Origin: an uncultured Armatimonadetes bacterium
Lineage (GTDB): Bacteria > Armatimonadota > Fimbriimonadia > Fimbriimonadales > Fimbriimonadaceae
Length of the DNA: 64,000 nucleotides
Reading direction: 5' to 3'
Assembly: GCA_903899015.1 (NCBI GenBank)
Contig: CAIUHP010000067.1
Coordinates: 9,796 to 73,795, forward strand
Part shown: piece after piece, positions 46,495 to 58,390 of the stretch
How positions within the stretch are numbered: position 1 is the first letter of the stretch
Layout of the letters: the number at the start of each line of letters is the position of its first letter
Notes under the pieces: generated by a model
What the model saw: only the letters and a program-made list of their open reading frames with translations
Databases searched by the model: none
Told to the model about the DNA's origin: nothing
Made by a program: the position numbers and the translations under genes

Positions 46495-47132
46495 CGAGTG
46501 CTTAAAACGTGGACCCGAACTCGCTGTCGGCCAAAGTCATTCGCTACTCGTCTAGAGTCGTAACATAAGTCGATTCGCTTCCCTTTTATCGCACTACCGG
46601 TATCTGAAGCTATGGCTAGCCCGTAACCTTCGATAAATAAAACGGAACCGAGAGGAATAACTCGAGGATCAACGGCTGCTTCGCCGAAAGTAGCTCTTCT
46701 ACCTGTCCTAGTACGACCTGCGTTTCCTCGTCCGTTACAACGAGGGCTTGGGTCATAGGCAGTGGCTACCATGTCCAGCACTAACTTTCTGCTGAACGAT
46801 CCACGATCCGAATTGAAGCCCCCCCGACCCATGTAAAAAGTGGTCGGCTGTGCCTCTTTCGTCTCTTCCTTTAAAAGCTCGGTGCTGACGGACTTGCCGT
46901 CAACGTAGGTGACACGATAGGCCTTCTTTACGGACCCGTCAATGCCCTCATGAGCTTTAACCAATGAACCTGGTCTCAGGTTACGGCTAAACTCATAACG
47001 AATTCCCGCACGAACTTTCGTTGTGTGGGTCTCCACCTGTATTTCTGTTTGCCTCTTACCGCCTGCTAACGCCGTTCCGGCGATCGCTGACATCATCAAG
47101 GCCATACTCACTTTGTGTGAGCAGTTGCGCAT
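46491..47132 (-). CDS. secreted G5 + 3D domain cell-wall protein
   Basis: Signal peptide after ATG 47132 (GGAGG 7 nt upstream). G5-like block (GIDGSVKKAYRVTYVDGK). 3D domain (AVDPRVIPLGS..IASDTGSAIKGKRIDL). Confidence 0.8.
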   Translation of the reverse strand: MRNCSHKVSMALMMSAIAGTALAGGKRQTEIQVETHTTKVRAGIRYEFSRNLRPGSLVKAHEGIDGSVKKAYRVTYVDGKSVSTELLKEETKEAQPTTFYMGRGGFNSDRGSFSRKLVLDMVATAYDPSPRCNGRGNAGRTRTGRRATFGEAAVDPRVIPLGSVLFIEGYGLAIASDTGSAIKGKRIDLCYDSRRVANDFGRQRVRVHVLSTR

Positions 47133-47363
47133 TTGGAACCTCCTCTTGCATGGCTGCGAAGGGACGTTATACCTGCCAAAACGACATTTTTCGGGTTCAG
47201 TGCAGATCGATAACGGGACTAACACGGGTAAACCGCCATTTTTAGGTTCAAATCTAAACTTTTAATGGTAAGTAAATTTTTACCAAAAACCTTGACAGAA
47301 ATCTGGGTAAGAGCCGTTTTTAACCCCTTATGGGATATCCCCACAACATTCAGATTGGAAGGT

Positions 47364-48179
47364 TTAGACCGCTTTTCGATCACGCCACCGCACCATATTT
47401 TCATAAAAAAGAATCTGTTGAGCCCAACCCGAATATTGACCAAACCGGGTTCGAAACGCCCTGGACATCTCAAGGTATCGGGCATCGGTGAGCGCTTTGC
47501 CATTCATTTCCGGATAGTAAAGACGCACTAACGCTTGCCAAACGTGCGTGTCAATGGGAACGGATTCTGTGAAGTCGAGACCAAATAATGCGATGCAATC
47601 GGCCAGTTTGGGACCAATACCTTTGATGGACATCAAGTGAGTTCGGGCGTCTTCAAATGGTTGCAACTTGAGCTTCTCCAAGCTATTCTCACCCCATTCT
47701 AAGAGTTGCCTCGCTGCATTCGGAATGGTCGCAGCGCGATATCCAAAACCCTTGGCTCTCAATTCATTTTCGGGAATCTGAGCAATTACGTCGGGGGTCG
47801 GAAATCGAGTGAGAGAGACTCCGGCAACATCGGCGAGAGGCTCACCGTAACTTGCTAAGTGCCGAACCATTTGCTTGATGCGGATGATGTTATTGTTAGG
47901 CGTGCATAGAAAGCTAAAGAAGGTTTCGTAAGGGCAATCAGACCGGAGCACCCGAAGACCTTCAAAATTCAGCAAGTAGGGAGCCATTTCTGAACCCAAA
48001 TCAAGGATTCGACGCCCGGTCTCTTCCGCGTCCCAATCTAATCGTAAGAAGGAACGGAATGCTGCTTCGCCGCCATTGGTCTGAACCCGAAGGACCTGGC
48101 TCGTTTCAGAATCTGGATTCTCGAAGTGGATCAGAAACCAATTGCGACCATCGACACCTAACCAATCTCCCGATGGCAA
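47364..48179 (-). CDS. ogg: 8-oxoguanine DNA glycosylase (OGG1-type HhH-GPD)
   Basis: CTPNNNIIRI, HhH IKGIGPKLADCIALFG and the catalytic Asp context VPIDTHV. Confidence 0.85.
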   Translation of the reverse strand: MPSGDWLGVDGRNWFLIHFENPDSETSQVLRVQTNGGEAAFRSFLRLDWDAEETGRRILDLGSEMAPYLLNFEGLRVLRSDCPYETFFSFLCTPNNNIIRIKQMVRHLASYGEPLADVAGVSLTRFPTPDVIAQIPENELRAKGFGYRAATIPNAARQLLEWGENSLEKLKLQPFEDARTHLMSIKGIGPKLADCIALFGLDFTESVPIDTHVWQALVRLYYPEMNGKALTDARYLEMSRAFRTRFGQYSGWAQQILFYENMVRWRDRKAV

Positions 48180-48262
48180 ACAGGTCCATCGAAAGACCTG
48201 CCCGCTTTCCAGGCAGAGAGGAATATCACATTCCCTTGGGTTAATTGTCAGGATAAATTCGT

Positions 48263-50383
<2,121 letters not shown>

Positions 50384-50530
50384 CTACAGCAATCTCTCCT
50401 TGAAAGCGTGAAAGGAGATTTATTCCCTTCGAAGCCGCGCATCGTGGCGGAGTGGCATCCCTCAGCAAAGGGCTCAATATCGTCGCATAATGACCAACAT
50501 CGAACGACCCTCGTTGATGAGAACCAAAGC

Positions 50531-50812
50531 ATGCTTGAAATCCTGAAATACGCTTTTCTATGGATTGCTCTAGCGGTAAGCGCCTCTGCGATTATCTATT
50601 TGAAGTGGCGCTTTTTATCACGGATGATTCGGCATGCATTTCACAGTGGCGAGCGCCCATCTCCCAATTCTGACGCTGCTAGGGTCGAATTCATGGCTGC
50701 GTCGTTCCAACGATTAGCAGACCTACATGACTCTAAAGTGCTCACTGATGAAGAGTTTGCGGCGGCCAAGGCCAAGGTCATAGAAAGCCCGTATATCCGG
50801 AAACCATCCTAG
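50531..50812 (+). CDS. small membrane protein with C-terminal SHOCT-like motif
   Basis: One TM segment (FLWIALAVSASAIIYL), then LADLHDSKVLTDEEFAAAKAKV, typical of SHOCT. ATG 50531 preferred over the long listed ORF. Confidence 0.6.
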   Translation: MLEILKYAFLWIALAVSASAIIYLKWRFLSRMIRHAFHSGERPSPNSDAARVEFMAASFQRLADLHDSKVLTDEEFAAAKAKVIESPYIRKPS

Positions 50813-50919
50813 TCCAAAGCAAGGACGTTAAGCTCAATTCGCAGGATGTAAAACGGCGCGACTTACCAACCGCCGACTACGAGGCCCTACGGGTACTTCG
50901 ATGTATTGTCCACGAACCC

Positions 50920-51426
50920 TCAAGTATCTAGACTGGAGTCAAGAATACTGTCAGCGACGAAAATGGGACTATCAAACCGCATGGCTAACGCAATCGCATC
51001 AGAAGGACGTGCGTCAATCTCCATCTCTTCTTTTCCGACCACGATATACAACTTTGCGTAGTAAACCGTGTTCCAGAAATCGTCAATCACAACGCGGTCC
51101 AACACAATATCGGCACGTTGCATCACGGTTCGGATGAGATCATGAGTGAGGGGCCGATCCGGACGTGAGCCTTCGTATTCCATTGCAATCGCTTGGGCTT
51201 CAAACGGACCGATCAAGATTGGTAGTTTTCGATCACCGTCAGTGACCAAAACAAACTGCGAGATCTGACCGTTGTTTTCGGAGCGATAGACCCCTTCAAC
51301 CGTAACTTCAATCAGTTCACCCATCGAACCGGGTTCTCGAATGGGTGCCGCTCCTTCATACGGAAAGAAAGCAGGGGGCTCGTCTAAATTTTCAGGACGT
51401 TCGGGCTCGTCGTACTCTTCGGGCAT
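50920..51426 (-). CDS. bifunctional nuclease family protein (DUF151/BFN)
   Basis: ILIGPFEAQAI, DRPLTHDL and IDARPSDAIALA blocks, characteristic of this family. Confidence 0.85.
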   Translation of the reverse strand: MPEEYDEPERPENLDEPPAFFPYEGAAPIREPGSMGELIEVTVEGVYRSENNGQISQFVLVTDGDRKLPILIGPFEAQAIAMEYEGSRPDRPLTHDLIRTVMQRADIVLDRVVIDDFWNTVYYAKLYIVVGKEEMEIDARPSDAIALAMRFDSPIFVADSILDSSLDT

Positions 51427-51458
51427 GCGCTATAAATTCCTCGGTTTTAAAGAGAGAG

Positions 51459-51488
51459 CGGACCCTTAAGATTGATCTTAAAGGTCCG
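51459..51488 (-). terminator. hairpin immediately downstream of rho
   Basis: 13/14-bp palindrome CGGACCCTTAAGAT..ATCTTAAAGGTCCG. On the minus strand it is followed by CTCTCTCTTTAAAACC. Confidence 0.5.
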
Positions 51489-51499
51489 AATGGATGGTC

Positions 51500-52912
51500 T
51501 TAGGCGCTTGCTTTCGTTCGAGCCACAACACTCTCTAAGAATGCCGCGTTCGTTGGCGTACGCTTCAACAGCTTGATGAGCGATTCCGTTGCTTCAACCG
51601 AATTGGTTTGGTTGGCCAATAGTCGGTGAAGTTGGACGACGCCGTCGAGATCTTCCTTCTTGAACAAGAGCTCTTCATGCCGTGTCGAACTGCGTTTGAC
51701 ATCCACTGCAGGCCAGAGTCTTCGCTCGGCGAGGTCGCGGTCTAACACGATTTCCATGTTGCCCGTTCCTTTCAACTCTTCGAAGATCGCATCATCCATC
51801 TTGCTACCAGTGTCTACCAAAACGCTGGAGACGACCGTAAGCGAACCACCTTCTTCGATGTTTCTTGCAGCACCAAAGAATCGGCGTGGGCGGTAAAGAG
51901 CACCGGGGTCAAGACCACCGGATAGCGTTCGACCCGATGGATTGATCGTAAGATTGCTGGCGCGTGAAAGTCGTGTAAGTGAGTCGAGCAGAATAACCAC
52001 GTCTCGACCAAATTCAACCAGTCGCTTGGCTTGTTCCAAGCAAAGCTCGGCGACCCGCATATGATTTTCGGGCGGTTCGTCAAAGGTTGAGGAAATGACC
52101 TGTCCTCGAACAGATCGGCGCATGTCGGTAACTTCTTCAGGACGTTCATCGACCAACAGAACCATGAGGTAGACCTCAGGATGGTTGGCAGTGATCGCGT
52201 TTGCGATGGTCTTCAGCATCATCGTCTTACCAGCCTTAGGTGGCGAAACAATGAGGCCGCGTTGACCTTTACCGATAGGCGAAATCAAATCCACGATTCG
52301 AGCGGAAATGTTATCGGGGACGGTCTCCATGACGAGTCGCTCGTTCGGATAGAGCGGAGTGAGCTCGTCAAAATTCTTTCGCTTCGTCATCTCGGGCGAA
52401 GCCGTTCCGTAACCGCTTACGCTTTCAACTCGAAGCATGCCCTGGTACTTCTCGCCTTCTTTAGGCATCCGAACCTGGCCGAATACGATATCGCCTGCTC
52501 GCAGTCCAAATTTCTTAACCTGAGACTGGGAAACATAGACATCCTGGGGGGAAGGAACATAGTTGTCTCGTCTGAGGAAGCCCCAGCCGTCGGACATCAG
52601 GTCAAGCACACCCTTTGCGTAGATAGCCTGCTTTTCTTCGTTGATAACGATGAGAAGTCGCTCGATAAGTTCGTGGCGCAACAAAGATTTGGGATCAATC
52701 TTGGCGGTTTTTGCTTCCTTGAGAAGCGCCGCGGGCGTCATCTTATCGAAATGGTTATAGTCGAGCTCGGGCAGTAATTCGAGATCCGTCTGCGGATCGC
52801 TCTTTGGCATGCCTTCGCGGCCGCGTCCACGCTGCCTTCGCATGCCGTTGTTGTTGTTATTGTTACCGCCGCCGCCTTCTTGCGACTTGCGAGGTCGAAA
52901 CTGATGGGTCAT
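51500..52912 (-). CDS. rho: transcription termination factor Rho
   Basis: Walker [16 protein letters not shown] and an RNA-binding OB region. It has an N-terminal extension of about 50 aa rich in G/N/R. Confidence 0.96.
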   Translation of the reverse strand: MTHQFRPRKSQEGGGGNNNNNNGMRRQRGRGREGMPKSDPQTDLELLPELDYNHFDKMTPAALLKEAKTAKIDPKSLLRHELIERLLIVINEEKQAIYAKGVLDLMSDGWGFLRRDNYVPSPQDVYVSQSQVKKFGLRAGDIVFGQVRMPKEGEKYQGMLRVESVSGYGTASPEMTKRKNFDELTPLYPNERLVMETVPDNISARIVDLISPIGKGQRGLIVSPPKAGKTMMLKTIANAITANHPEVYLMVLLVDERPEEVTDMRRSVRGQVISSTFDEPPENHMRVAELCLEQAKRLVEFGRDVVILLDSLTRLSRASNLTINPSGRTLSGGLDPGALYRPRRFFGAARNIEEGGSLTVVSSVLVDTGSKMDDAIFEELKGTGNMEIVLDRDLAERRLWPAVDVKRSSTRHEELLFKKEDLDGVVQLHRLLANQTNSVEATESLIKLLKRTPTNAAFLESVVARTKASA

Positions 52913-52982
52913 ATAGCTCCTGAAGCTGGGTTCCTGACGCGTAATAAGGCAGGTGGTAACAAAGCCTTAATTGGGAGTAGAA

Positions 52983-53510
52983 CTACTCTTCGCGCAGTAT
53001 CGCGATGTATGGGAGGTTACGATAACGCTCCGCATAATCTAGACCATATCCTACCACGAATTCGTTCGGAATCTCGAAACCTATGTATTCAACCGGGGGA
53101 TGTACGGTTCTTGAGCCTGATTTGGACAAAAGAGCGACAACTTTGAGTGATTTGGGTTTGCGAGTTGAAAGCAACTCCCGCAGATGGCTAAGGGTAACCC
53201 CTGTATCCACGATGTCTTCAACAATTAAGACGTTCAAACCCTCGATATTGATATCTAAATCTTTACGAATTTGAACGACGCCCGTTGACGACTTACCACC
53301 ATGATAACTACTTACTTGTAAAAAGTCGAGTTGGGTGTCAGATTTCATCAACCGGCCAAGGTCGGACAGAAAATGAATCGAGCCTTTTAGCACCGCAATC
53401 AGTAATACCGGTTCCCCGCCAAACTCATCATCAATCTGTTTCGCAAGCTCGGCAGTACGAACCCGAATTTGCAATTCAGAAATCAAAACGTCAAGGTGAG
53501 ATCCGCTCAT
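52983..53510 (-). CDS. hpt: hypoxanthine phosphoribosyltransferase
   Basis: PRPP-binding VLIVEDIVDTGVTL and the C-terminal VVGYGLDY. Confidence 0.93.
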   Translation of the reverse strand: MSGSHLDVLISELQIRVRTAELAKQIDDEFGGEPVLLIAVLKGSIHFLSDLGRLMKSDTQLDFLQVSSYHGGKSSTGVVQIRKDLDINIEGLNVLIVEDIVDTGVTLSHLRELLSTRKPKSLKVVALLSKSGSRTVHPPVEYIGFEIPNEFVVGYGLDYAERYRNLPYIAILREE

Positions 53511-53636
53511 CTATCGTGAAATCTACCTTTTCGAGTGATTAACACGCACGAGCACTTCGGTTCCACGCATACAAACCTTCTGCGTTACAAGTTTGAACTT
53601 TGCAACCCGATAGTGGCATTACGTGTAATATTTAGA

Positions 53637-53661
53637 TGATTGGCTAATTATCTTCCAATCA
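53637..53661 (+). promoter_or_regulatory. inverted repeat (candidate operator) just upstream of the ArsR/SdpR-like gene
   Basis: TGATTGG (53637-53643) N11 CCAATCA (53655-53661), ending 7 nt before the ATG at 53669. Confidence 0.35.
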
Positions 53662-53668
53662 GAGACTC

Positions 53669-53959
53669 ATGGCGATAGACGAAGTATTCAAGGCTCTGGC
53701 TGATCCTACGAGACGACGCATTTTGCGATTGCTCTCGAAGGGAGACCTCACTGCCGGTGAGATTGGGCAAGAGTTTGATATCAGCGGACCGTCAGTCTCG
53801 CACCACTTTAACGTGCTTAAGAATGCGGATTTGATTCGCGGAAGGCGAGATGGGCAGCAAATTATCTACTCGCTAAACACGACCGTTGTTCAAGATGCCA
53901 TGACCCTCTTCCTTGATGTTTTTGCTAAAGACCATCAGGAGCCCACCGATGAAAGTTAA
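53669..53959 (+). CDS. ArsR/SdpR-family winged-helix repressor
   Basis: FKALADPTRRRILRLL and SGPSVSHHFNVLK HTH. 96 aa, overlaps the downstream membrane-protein gene. Confidence 0.88.
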   Translation: MAIDEVFKALADPTRRRILRLLSKGDLTAGEIGQEFDISGPSVSHHFNVLKNADLIRGRRDGQQIIYSLNTTVVQDAMTLFLDVFAKDHQEPTDES

Positions 53960-54587
53960 AACTAGCTTATTAATTCAGCTTGCGATGTTCGCCGTAACCC
54001 TTGCTTTAGGGGCGTACTACGCTGGGACTTTGCCAGACGTTGTTCCAACCCACTGGGGAGTTCACAATCAGGTCGATCAGTACGGAAGCAAATGGGTCTC
54101 CATTTGCACCGGCCCGTTACTCCTCCTTTTTTCGATCGGAATGACCCTTGTGTTACCGAAAATCTCGCCCAAGAATTTTGAAATTCAGAAGTTCGACACC
54201 ACTTTCGCGTATGCGATGGTGCTGGTTTCTGCCCTCATGTTCTTTATCTCGATTTCCATCCTCCGGGCAACCGCAGGCTCCCATATGGATATCGGTGGCG
54301 CGGTCATGACAGGTCTCTTTATCTTTTTTGCCCTACTCGGAAACATCTTGGGCAAAGTTCAAAGAAACTTCTACATGGGAGTAAGAACGCCATGGACACT
54401 CGCAAGCCAGCCGGTTTGGGACGCAACCCACCGTTTAGCAGGACGCGTTTGGGTTGGCGGAGGCATTCTAGGTGCGATTCTTTCGCTTGCGGGAGCACCA
54501 CTACCATTCTCGATAGCGCTCATGTTGATCATGTCGTTCTATCCCGTGATAGCCTCGTATTTCATTTACCAAAGGATTGGCAAATAG
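53949..54587 (+). CDS. SdpI/YhfL-family membrane protein (DUF1648 + SdpI)
   Basis: PTHWG near the N-terminus and NFYMGVRTPWT (the SdpI signature). 5-6 TM segments. ATG 53949 preferred. Confidence 0.8.
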   Translation: MKVKTSLLIQLAMFAVTLALGAYYAGTLPDVVPTHWGVHNQVDQYGSKWVSICTGPLLLLFSIGMTLVLPKISPKNFEIQKFDTTFAYAMVLVSALMFFISISILRATAGSHMDIGGAVMTGLFIFFALLGNILGKVQRNFYMGVRTPWTLASQPVWDATHRLAGRVWVGGGILGAILSLAGAPLPFSIALMLIMSFYPVIASYFIYQRIGK

Positions 54588-54625
54588 AAACGCCCTGCCA
54601 CGAACTCAATCGTGTCAGGGCGTTT
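54588..54625. terminator. bidirectional intrinsic terminator between the sdpI-like gene and trpB
   Basis: AAACGCCCTG (54588-54597) / CAGGGCGTTT (54616-54625) with an extra inner CACG/CGTG pairing. A/T runs flank both sides. Confidence 0.7.
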
Positions 54626-54632
54626 GACAAAT

Positions 54633-55844
54633 TTAGAAGGATAGGAGACGAGCGACGGTTTCCATGTCCTTATCACCCCGTCCACTCATGTTGACGAGAA
54701 CACGGGAACCCTCGGGTAACAGGTCTCGATTCCGCAACGGCGCGAAGGCATGGGCACTTTCGATTGCAGGAATCAATCCTTCGGAGCTAGCAACCCATTT
54801 AAGGGCGTTGATCGCTTCATCGTCATCGATCGCAATGTACTCAACTCTTCCTGCATCCTTCAGATAGCTATGTTCCGCTCCGACTCCTGGGTAGTCCAGT
54901 CCCGCACTGATGCTGTGGGTTCCGATTACTTGGCCATCGTCGTCTTGCATCAGATAACTGTAACTTCCGTGAAGGACACCCGGGCTGCCGGCACTGAGAG
55001 GGGCCGCATGCTTACCTGAATTGAGTCCCAATCCACCTGCCTCAACTCCAATCAACCTTACATTTGCATCCGGAACAAAGGCTGTGAACATTCCAATGGC
55101 ATTGCTGCCTCCACCCACGCAAGCAATCGCAACATCTGGCAATCGATCGTAGCGAGCCAAGTACTGAGCGCGAGCTTCATCGCCGATGACACGCTGGAAC
55201 TCACGCACCATGTAAGGATAGGGATGAGGACCGGCGGCCGTGCCAATGATGTAATGAGTGTCTCCCACATTGGTGACCCAGTCTCGCATGGCTTCGTTCA
55301 GGGCATCTTTTAGAGTCTGGGTTCCACTCGAAACCGGATTGACCTTCGCTCCGAGAAGCTTCATTCGGAAGACATTGAGTTGCTGTCGAGCAATGTCTTC
55401 AACACCCATATAGACTTCACACTCAAGTCCAAATAGAGCACAGACGGTTGCCGTGGCTACGCCATGTTGCCCCGCTCCGGTCTCCGCAATAATTCGCTTC
55501 TTGCCCATTCTGAGGGCTAGCAGGCATTGCCCTAAGGCGTTGTTTATTTTGTGAGCGCCCGTATGGTTGAGGTCTTCCCTCTTAATAACGACGTGGAGCC
55601 CAGTGTCCGAACTCAGCTTCTTGGCTTCGGTAATCGGGTTCGGACGCCCCACATACTCCTTTAAGTAGTGGTCGAATTCTGCCCTGAAAAGTGGGTCGGC
55701 CCAGGCCTTGTTGAATTCCAAATCGAGTTCTTCCAGCGCAGGAATAAGTGTTTCAGGGACATACCGTCCTCCGAACGCTCCAAAGCGTCCTTTTTCATCG
55801 GGCCGAATAAGCATGGATCTAGATTCTACGGTATTTGAGTTCAC
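54633..55844 (-). CDS. trpB: tryptophan synthase beta chain
   Basis: [15 protein letters not shown], the PLP lysine in HTGAHKINN and GGGSNAIG. The start is either GTG 55844 or ATG 55814. Confidence 0.95.
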   Translation of the reverse strand: MNSNTVESRSMLIRPDEKGRFGAFGGRYVPETLIPALEELDLEFNKAWADPLFRAEFDHYLKEYVGRPNPITEAKKLSSDTGLHVVIKREDLNHTGAHKINNALGQCLLALRMGKKRIIAETGAGQHGVATATVCALFGLECEVYMGVEDIARQQLNVFRMKLLGAKVNPVSSGTQTLKDALNEAMRDWVTNVGDTHYIIGTAAGPHPYPYMVREFQRVIGDEARAQYLARYDRLPDVAIACVGGGSNAIGMFTAFVPDANVRLIGVEAGGLGLNSGKHAAPLSAGSPGVLHGSYSYLMQDDDGQVIGTHSISAGLDYPGVGAEHSYLKDAGRVEYIAIDDDEAINALKWVASSEGLIPAIESAHAFAPLRNRDLLPEGSRVLVNMSGRGDKDMETVARLLSF

Positions 55845-55959
55845 TGAGTTCTACGACCGAAGGTTCAGATCGGAATCCCAGCATTTTGCGATCGCTCCAA
55901 AAAGCAGCAGCACTCGATTCCCCCTGACGCGAAATTGAGTTTTTCGGCACAATGTACAA

Positions 55960-56535
55960 GTGAGCGAAATTCTCATCATTGCTAGGGTCCGAATTCACGA
56001 GCTAGACGTTCCCATCGTTACGGATTATTATTTTGAAGTCAAAGACAAACTTAGCTTAGTAGAAGGGTGCAACGGACTAAGTGTCTGGCGAGATGAGCGA
56101 GACAAAGAATCATTCCTCGTCATCTATGAGTACGCGGACCTCGCTGCCGCGGAACGCGGTTTGGTTGCCATCTCTGAAATACGGGTCCTAGCGGAGACGC
56201 AAGCTGCCGATTTTCGCCCCGCCGATGTTCAGCGCATTCGGATTTCGGGATATGTTGGCGATCGGGTCGCAAAAGCTCCCACCACTGCCTATCTTTCTAT
56301 GAGCCAGAGGGTTGCGGACCCAGGTTATTCTCCCGAACTTCAAGAGGAACTAGAGAGAGTTTTTGACGAACTTCAAATAATGCCCGGCTTTATCGGATCG
56401 GTATATGGCACGAATGACGTCTTAGAAGAAGAAGTTATTGGCATCGTCACGTGGCAAAGCCGAGAGGCATTTCTTGCTTCTCTACCTCCCCACGTGAACA
56501 CTTACTCAATCGTTCTCTATCGCAGATTTTATTGA
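55960..56535 (+). CDS. tandem ABM (antibiotic biosynthesis monooxygenase-like) domain protein
   Basis: 191 aa with a GTG start. Two ferredoxin-like halves (GLSVWRDERDKESFLVIYEY, and FIGSVYG..VIGIVTWQSREAF). Confidence 0.55.
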   Translation: MSEILIIARVRIHELDVPIVTDYYFEVKDKLSLVEGCNGLSVWRDERDKESFLVIYEYADLAAAERGLVAISEIRVLAETQAADFRPADVQRIRISGYVGDRVAKAPTTAYLSMSQRVADPGYSPELQEELERVFDELQIMPGFIGSVYGTNDVLEEEVIGIVTWQSREAFLASLPPHVNTYSIVLYRRFY

Positions 56536-56564
56536 AATAACGGGGTCCCGACCCCAACGACACG

Positions 56565-57344
56565 ATGCGCGCTCGTACCTACCTTTTTGCGATTAGCCTG
56601 GCTGGAACACTTGGACTAGCAAGTGTCGCCTCGGCCCATGACGCGTTTCGCCCTGGGGCAGCCCAGCAAGTCCAGCTCGGAAAGAAAGTAGCCGCCGAAT
56701 TGAGAAAACAAGAACACGTCCTGCCCTCTTCGGATCCCCGAGTTCAGACCCTTCGCCGAGTGGCACGCCGGATTCTTGCAACGATCGACGAAAAAGATGC
56801 CATCTGGGAATATTCGTTTGACGTCATCGATAGCAAAGAAATCAATGCGTTCGCCCTTCCTGGCGGCGCCACATTTTTCTACACCGGGTTGATGGATCGG
56901 CTGAAAACCGAAGACGAACTCGCAGGTGTTCTCGGCCACGAGCTAACCCATGTGCGCAAGCAGCACTGGGCATATGCCTATGCTGATAGCCAAAAGAGAA
57001 ACTTGGGGCTCTCAATCGTTTTAATGGCCGCACGTGCAAACCAGGCGCTCAGCAATCTTGCGGGATTCACCAACGACGTCGTCTTCGAGCTTCCTTTCTC
57101 TCGAAAACATGAAACTGAAGCCGATGACGGAGGCTTTGACACCATGGTTGCGGCAGGCTATAACCCGCAAGGGTTGGCCGACACGTTTGACATGCTTCGC
57201 AAAGCCATTAAAGACGGCACGCCACCAGAGTTCTTCAGCGACCACCCGGACGACAAAAACCGCATCAAACGAATTGAAGGCAAGATCAAACTCGCAGGCA
57301 CAAACTTCCCTCCTCAGATTCTGATCGACTATCTTGGGAAGTAG
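56565..57344 (+). CDS. secreted M48-family zinc metalloprotease
   Basis: Signal peptide, HELTHV zinc motif and a downstream E in HETEAD. Confidence 0.85.
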   Translation: MRARTYLFAISLAGTLGLASVASAHDAFRPGAAQQVQLGKKVAAELRKQEHVLPSSDPRVQTLRRVARRILATIDEKDAIWEYSFDVIDSKEINAFALPGGATFFYTGLMDRLKTEDELAGVLGHELTHVRKQHWAYAYADSQKRNLGLSIVLMAARANQALSNLAGFTNDVVFELPFSRKHETEADDGGFDTMVAAGYNPQGLADTFDMLRKAIKDGTPPEFFSDHPDDKNRIKRIEGKIKLAGTNFPPQILIDYLGK

Positions 57345-57379
57345 GTTTTTGATCGTGGGACATTTTCACCCCTAGCCTA

Positions 57380-57850
57380 TCAGACTTGATCACTTAAACA
57401 ATAGATTTCAAAGCTGTGTTTAAACACCGCTTCTATCAGGGGAGTCCATTGGAAATAAAGCGAAGGCAACTCGTGGATTGAGATAAATCGTCGTCCTTTC
57501 GATTCTTCTGGTTTCCCAATGTCGCCCAAAGAACCTACTGACGTAACAAAACATTCTGCCCAGCGACTTTGTCCGCTTGAAGTGATCTCGTAAGAACCAA
57601 GATAGGTTAGGTTCCCGAGAGTCGCTCCCGCTTCTTCTAGCGCTTCACGTCGAACGGCTACCTCCGAAGTCTCGCCCGCTTCAATTCGGCCCGATGGAAT
57701 GCACCAACCTCTCCCCTCGATGTCAGCTAAAAGGACTTGGTCGTCGTTCCAGGCAAATACCAGGGCGGCGAAAGCCGCGCTAGGCGGCTTAAAGGGTGAT
57801 GCGTGAAACTGAGTCTTTGAGTTCTCCGTTTCCCAAGCCGGAAAGTTCAT
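57380..57850 (-). CDS. NUDIX hydrolase
   Basis: Nudix box GRIEAGETSEVAVRREALEEAG. ATGA overlap with lepB. Confidence 0.85.
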   Translation of the reverse strand: MNFPAWETENSKTQFHASPFKPPSAAFAALVFAWNDDQVLLADIEGRGWCIPSGRIEAGETSEVAVRREALEEAGATLGNLTYLGSYEITSSGQSRWAECFVTSVGSLGDIGKPEESKGRRFISIHELPSLYFQWTPLIEAVFKHSFEIYCLSDQV

Positions 57851-58293
57851 CGTCGATAGACTAGAACTTTGCCGACGACTTTTTCGATGGGTACTGCCCC
57901 AAATTTCCTGCTGTCCTCGGAGTAGTTTCGATTGTCACCCAGAAGGTAGATGTAGCCGTCTGGCACATTATAGGGTCGGTTAATATCAAGTACGAGAGCT
58001 TCTGGTCGGTACGGGACCTCAATATTTTCACCCGACATCTTGTAGACCCGCTTGATAATGTCACCCGGACCGCCTGGATCCTTGACAACCACGATGTCTC
58101 CATCCTTGATTGGACCAATCAACCAGTAAGCCTTGCTAACCAAGACTCTCTGCCCATTTTTGAATGTCGGCACCATTGAGATTCCTGAAACCTGGATCGT
58201 CTTAAAATTAAGGATAAAGAAGATCGCAAAAATCAGCGTAAACCCCAAAAAGACTCCAAATCCAGTAATCGCTCGTTTCTTTCCTTTCTTCAT
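57847..58293 (-). CDS. lepB: signal peptidase I
   Basis: N-terminal TM segment, the catalytic Ser context SGISMVPTF and GDNRNYSEDSR. Short (148 aa) Gram-positive-type enzyme. Confidence 0.88.
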   Translation of the reverse strand: MKKGKKRAITGFGVFLGFTLIFAIFFILNFKTIQVSGISMVPTFKNGQRVLVSKAYWLIGPIKDGDIVVVKDPGGPGDIIKRVYKMSGENIEVPYRPEALVLDINRPYNVPDGYIYLLGDNRNYSEDSRKFGAVPIEKVVGKVLVYRR

Positions 58294-58390
58294 ATTTTTT
58301 TCTTTACTTCTACGCCTGTGGTGAATTCCAGTGAAGTTGTCCGAATAACCTGTCCGCTATACTAAAGACCGCCGTCTGGGCGTCCAACCT

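Noticed and set aside
47133-47225. Longer start for the 3D-domain protein (MLVPLSICTEPEKCRF...).
   Set aside because: The internal ATG at 47132 has a perfect GGAGG SD and begins a normal signal peptide. The extension looks non-protein-like.
47133-47300. Possible c-di-AMP (ydaO-type) riboswitch in the leader of the G5/3D-domain cell-wall protein gene. Such genes often carry one.
   Set aside because: Reading the minus-strand leader, I could not find the conserved ACGGGGA / CCCGAAUCC-type blocks or the pseudo-symmetric helices. Only a covariance-model scan could revive this.
47440-47460. GGTTCGAA-like strings (here and at 47241) that resemble tRNA T-loops.
   Set aside because: No acceptor or anticodon stems can be drawn around them. 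One lies inside the ogg CDS. No tRNA is called in this window.
50391-50420. Inverted repeat TCTCCTT-N10-AAGGAGA in the ligA / SHOCT-gene spacer, considered as a regulatory hairpin.
   Set aside because: The stem is only 7 bp, and one arm is simply an SD-like AAGGAGA. There is no supporting context, which is too weak to report as a feature.
52838-52870. Asn6 tract in Rho as a prion-like domain, as reported for some clostridial Rho proteins.
   Set aside because: The tract is only six Asn within a stretch of about 20 residues, far shorter than described prion-forming domains. I kept it only as a low-interest note on the N-terminal extension.
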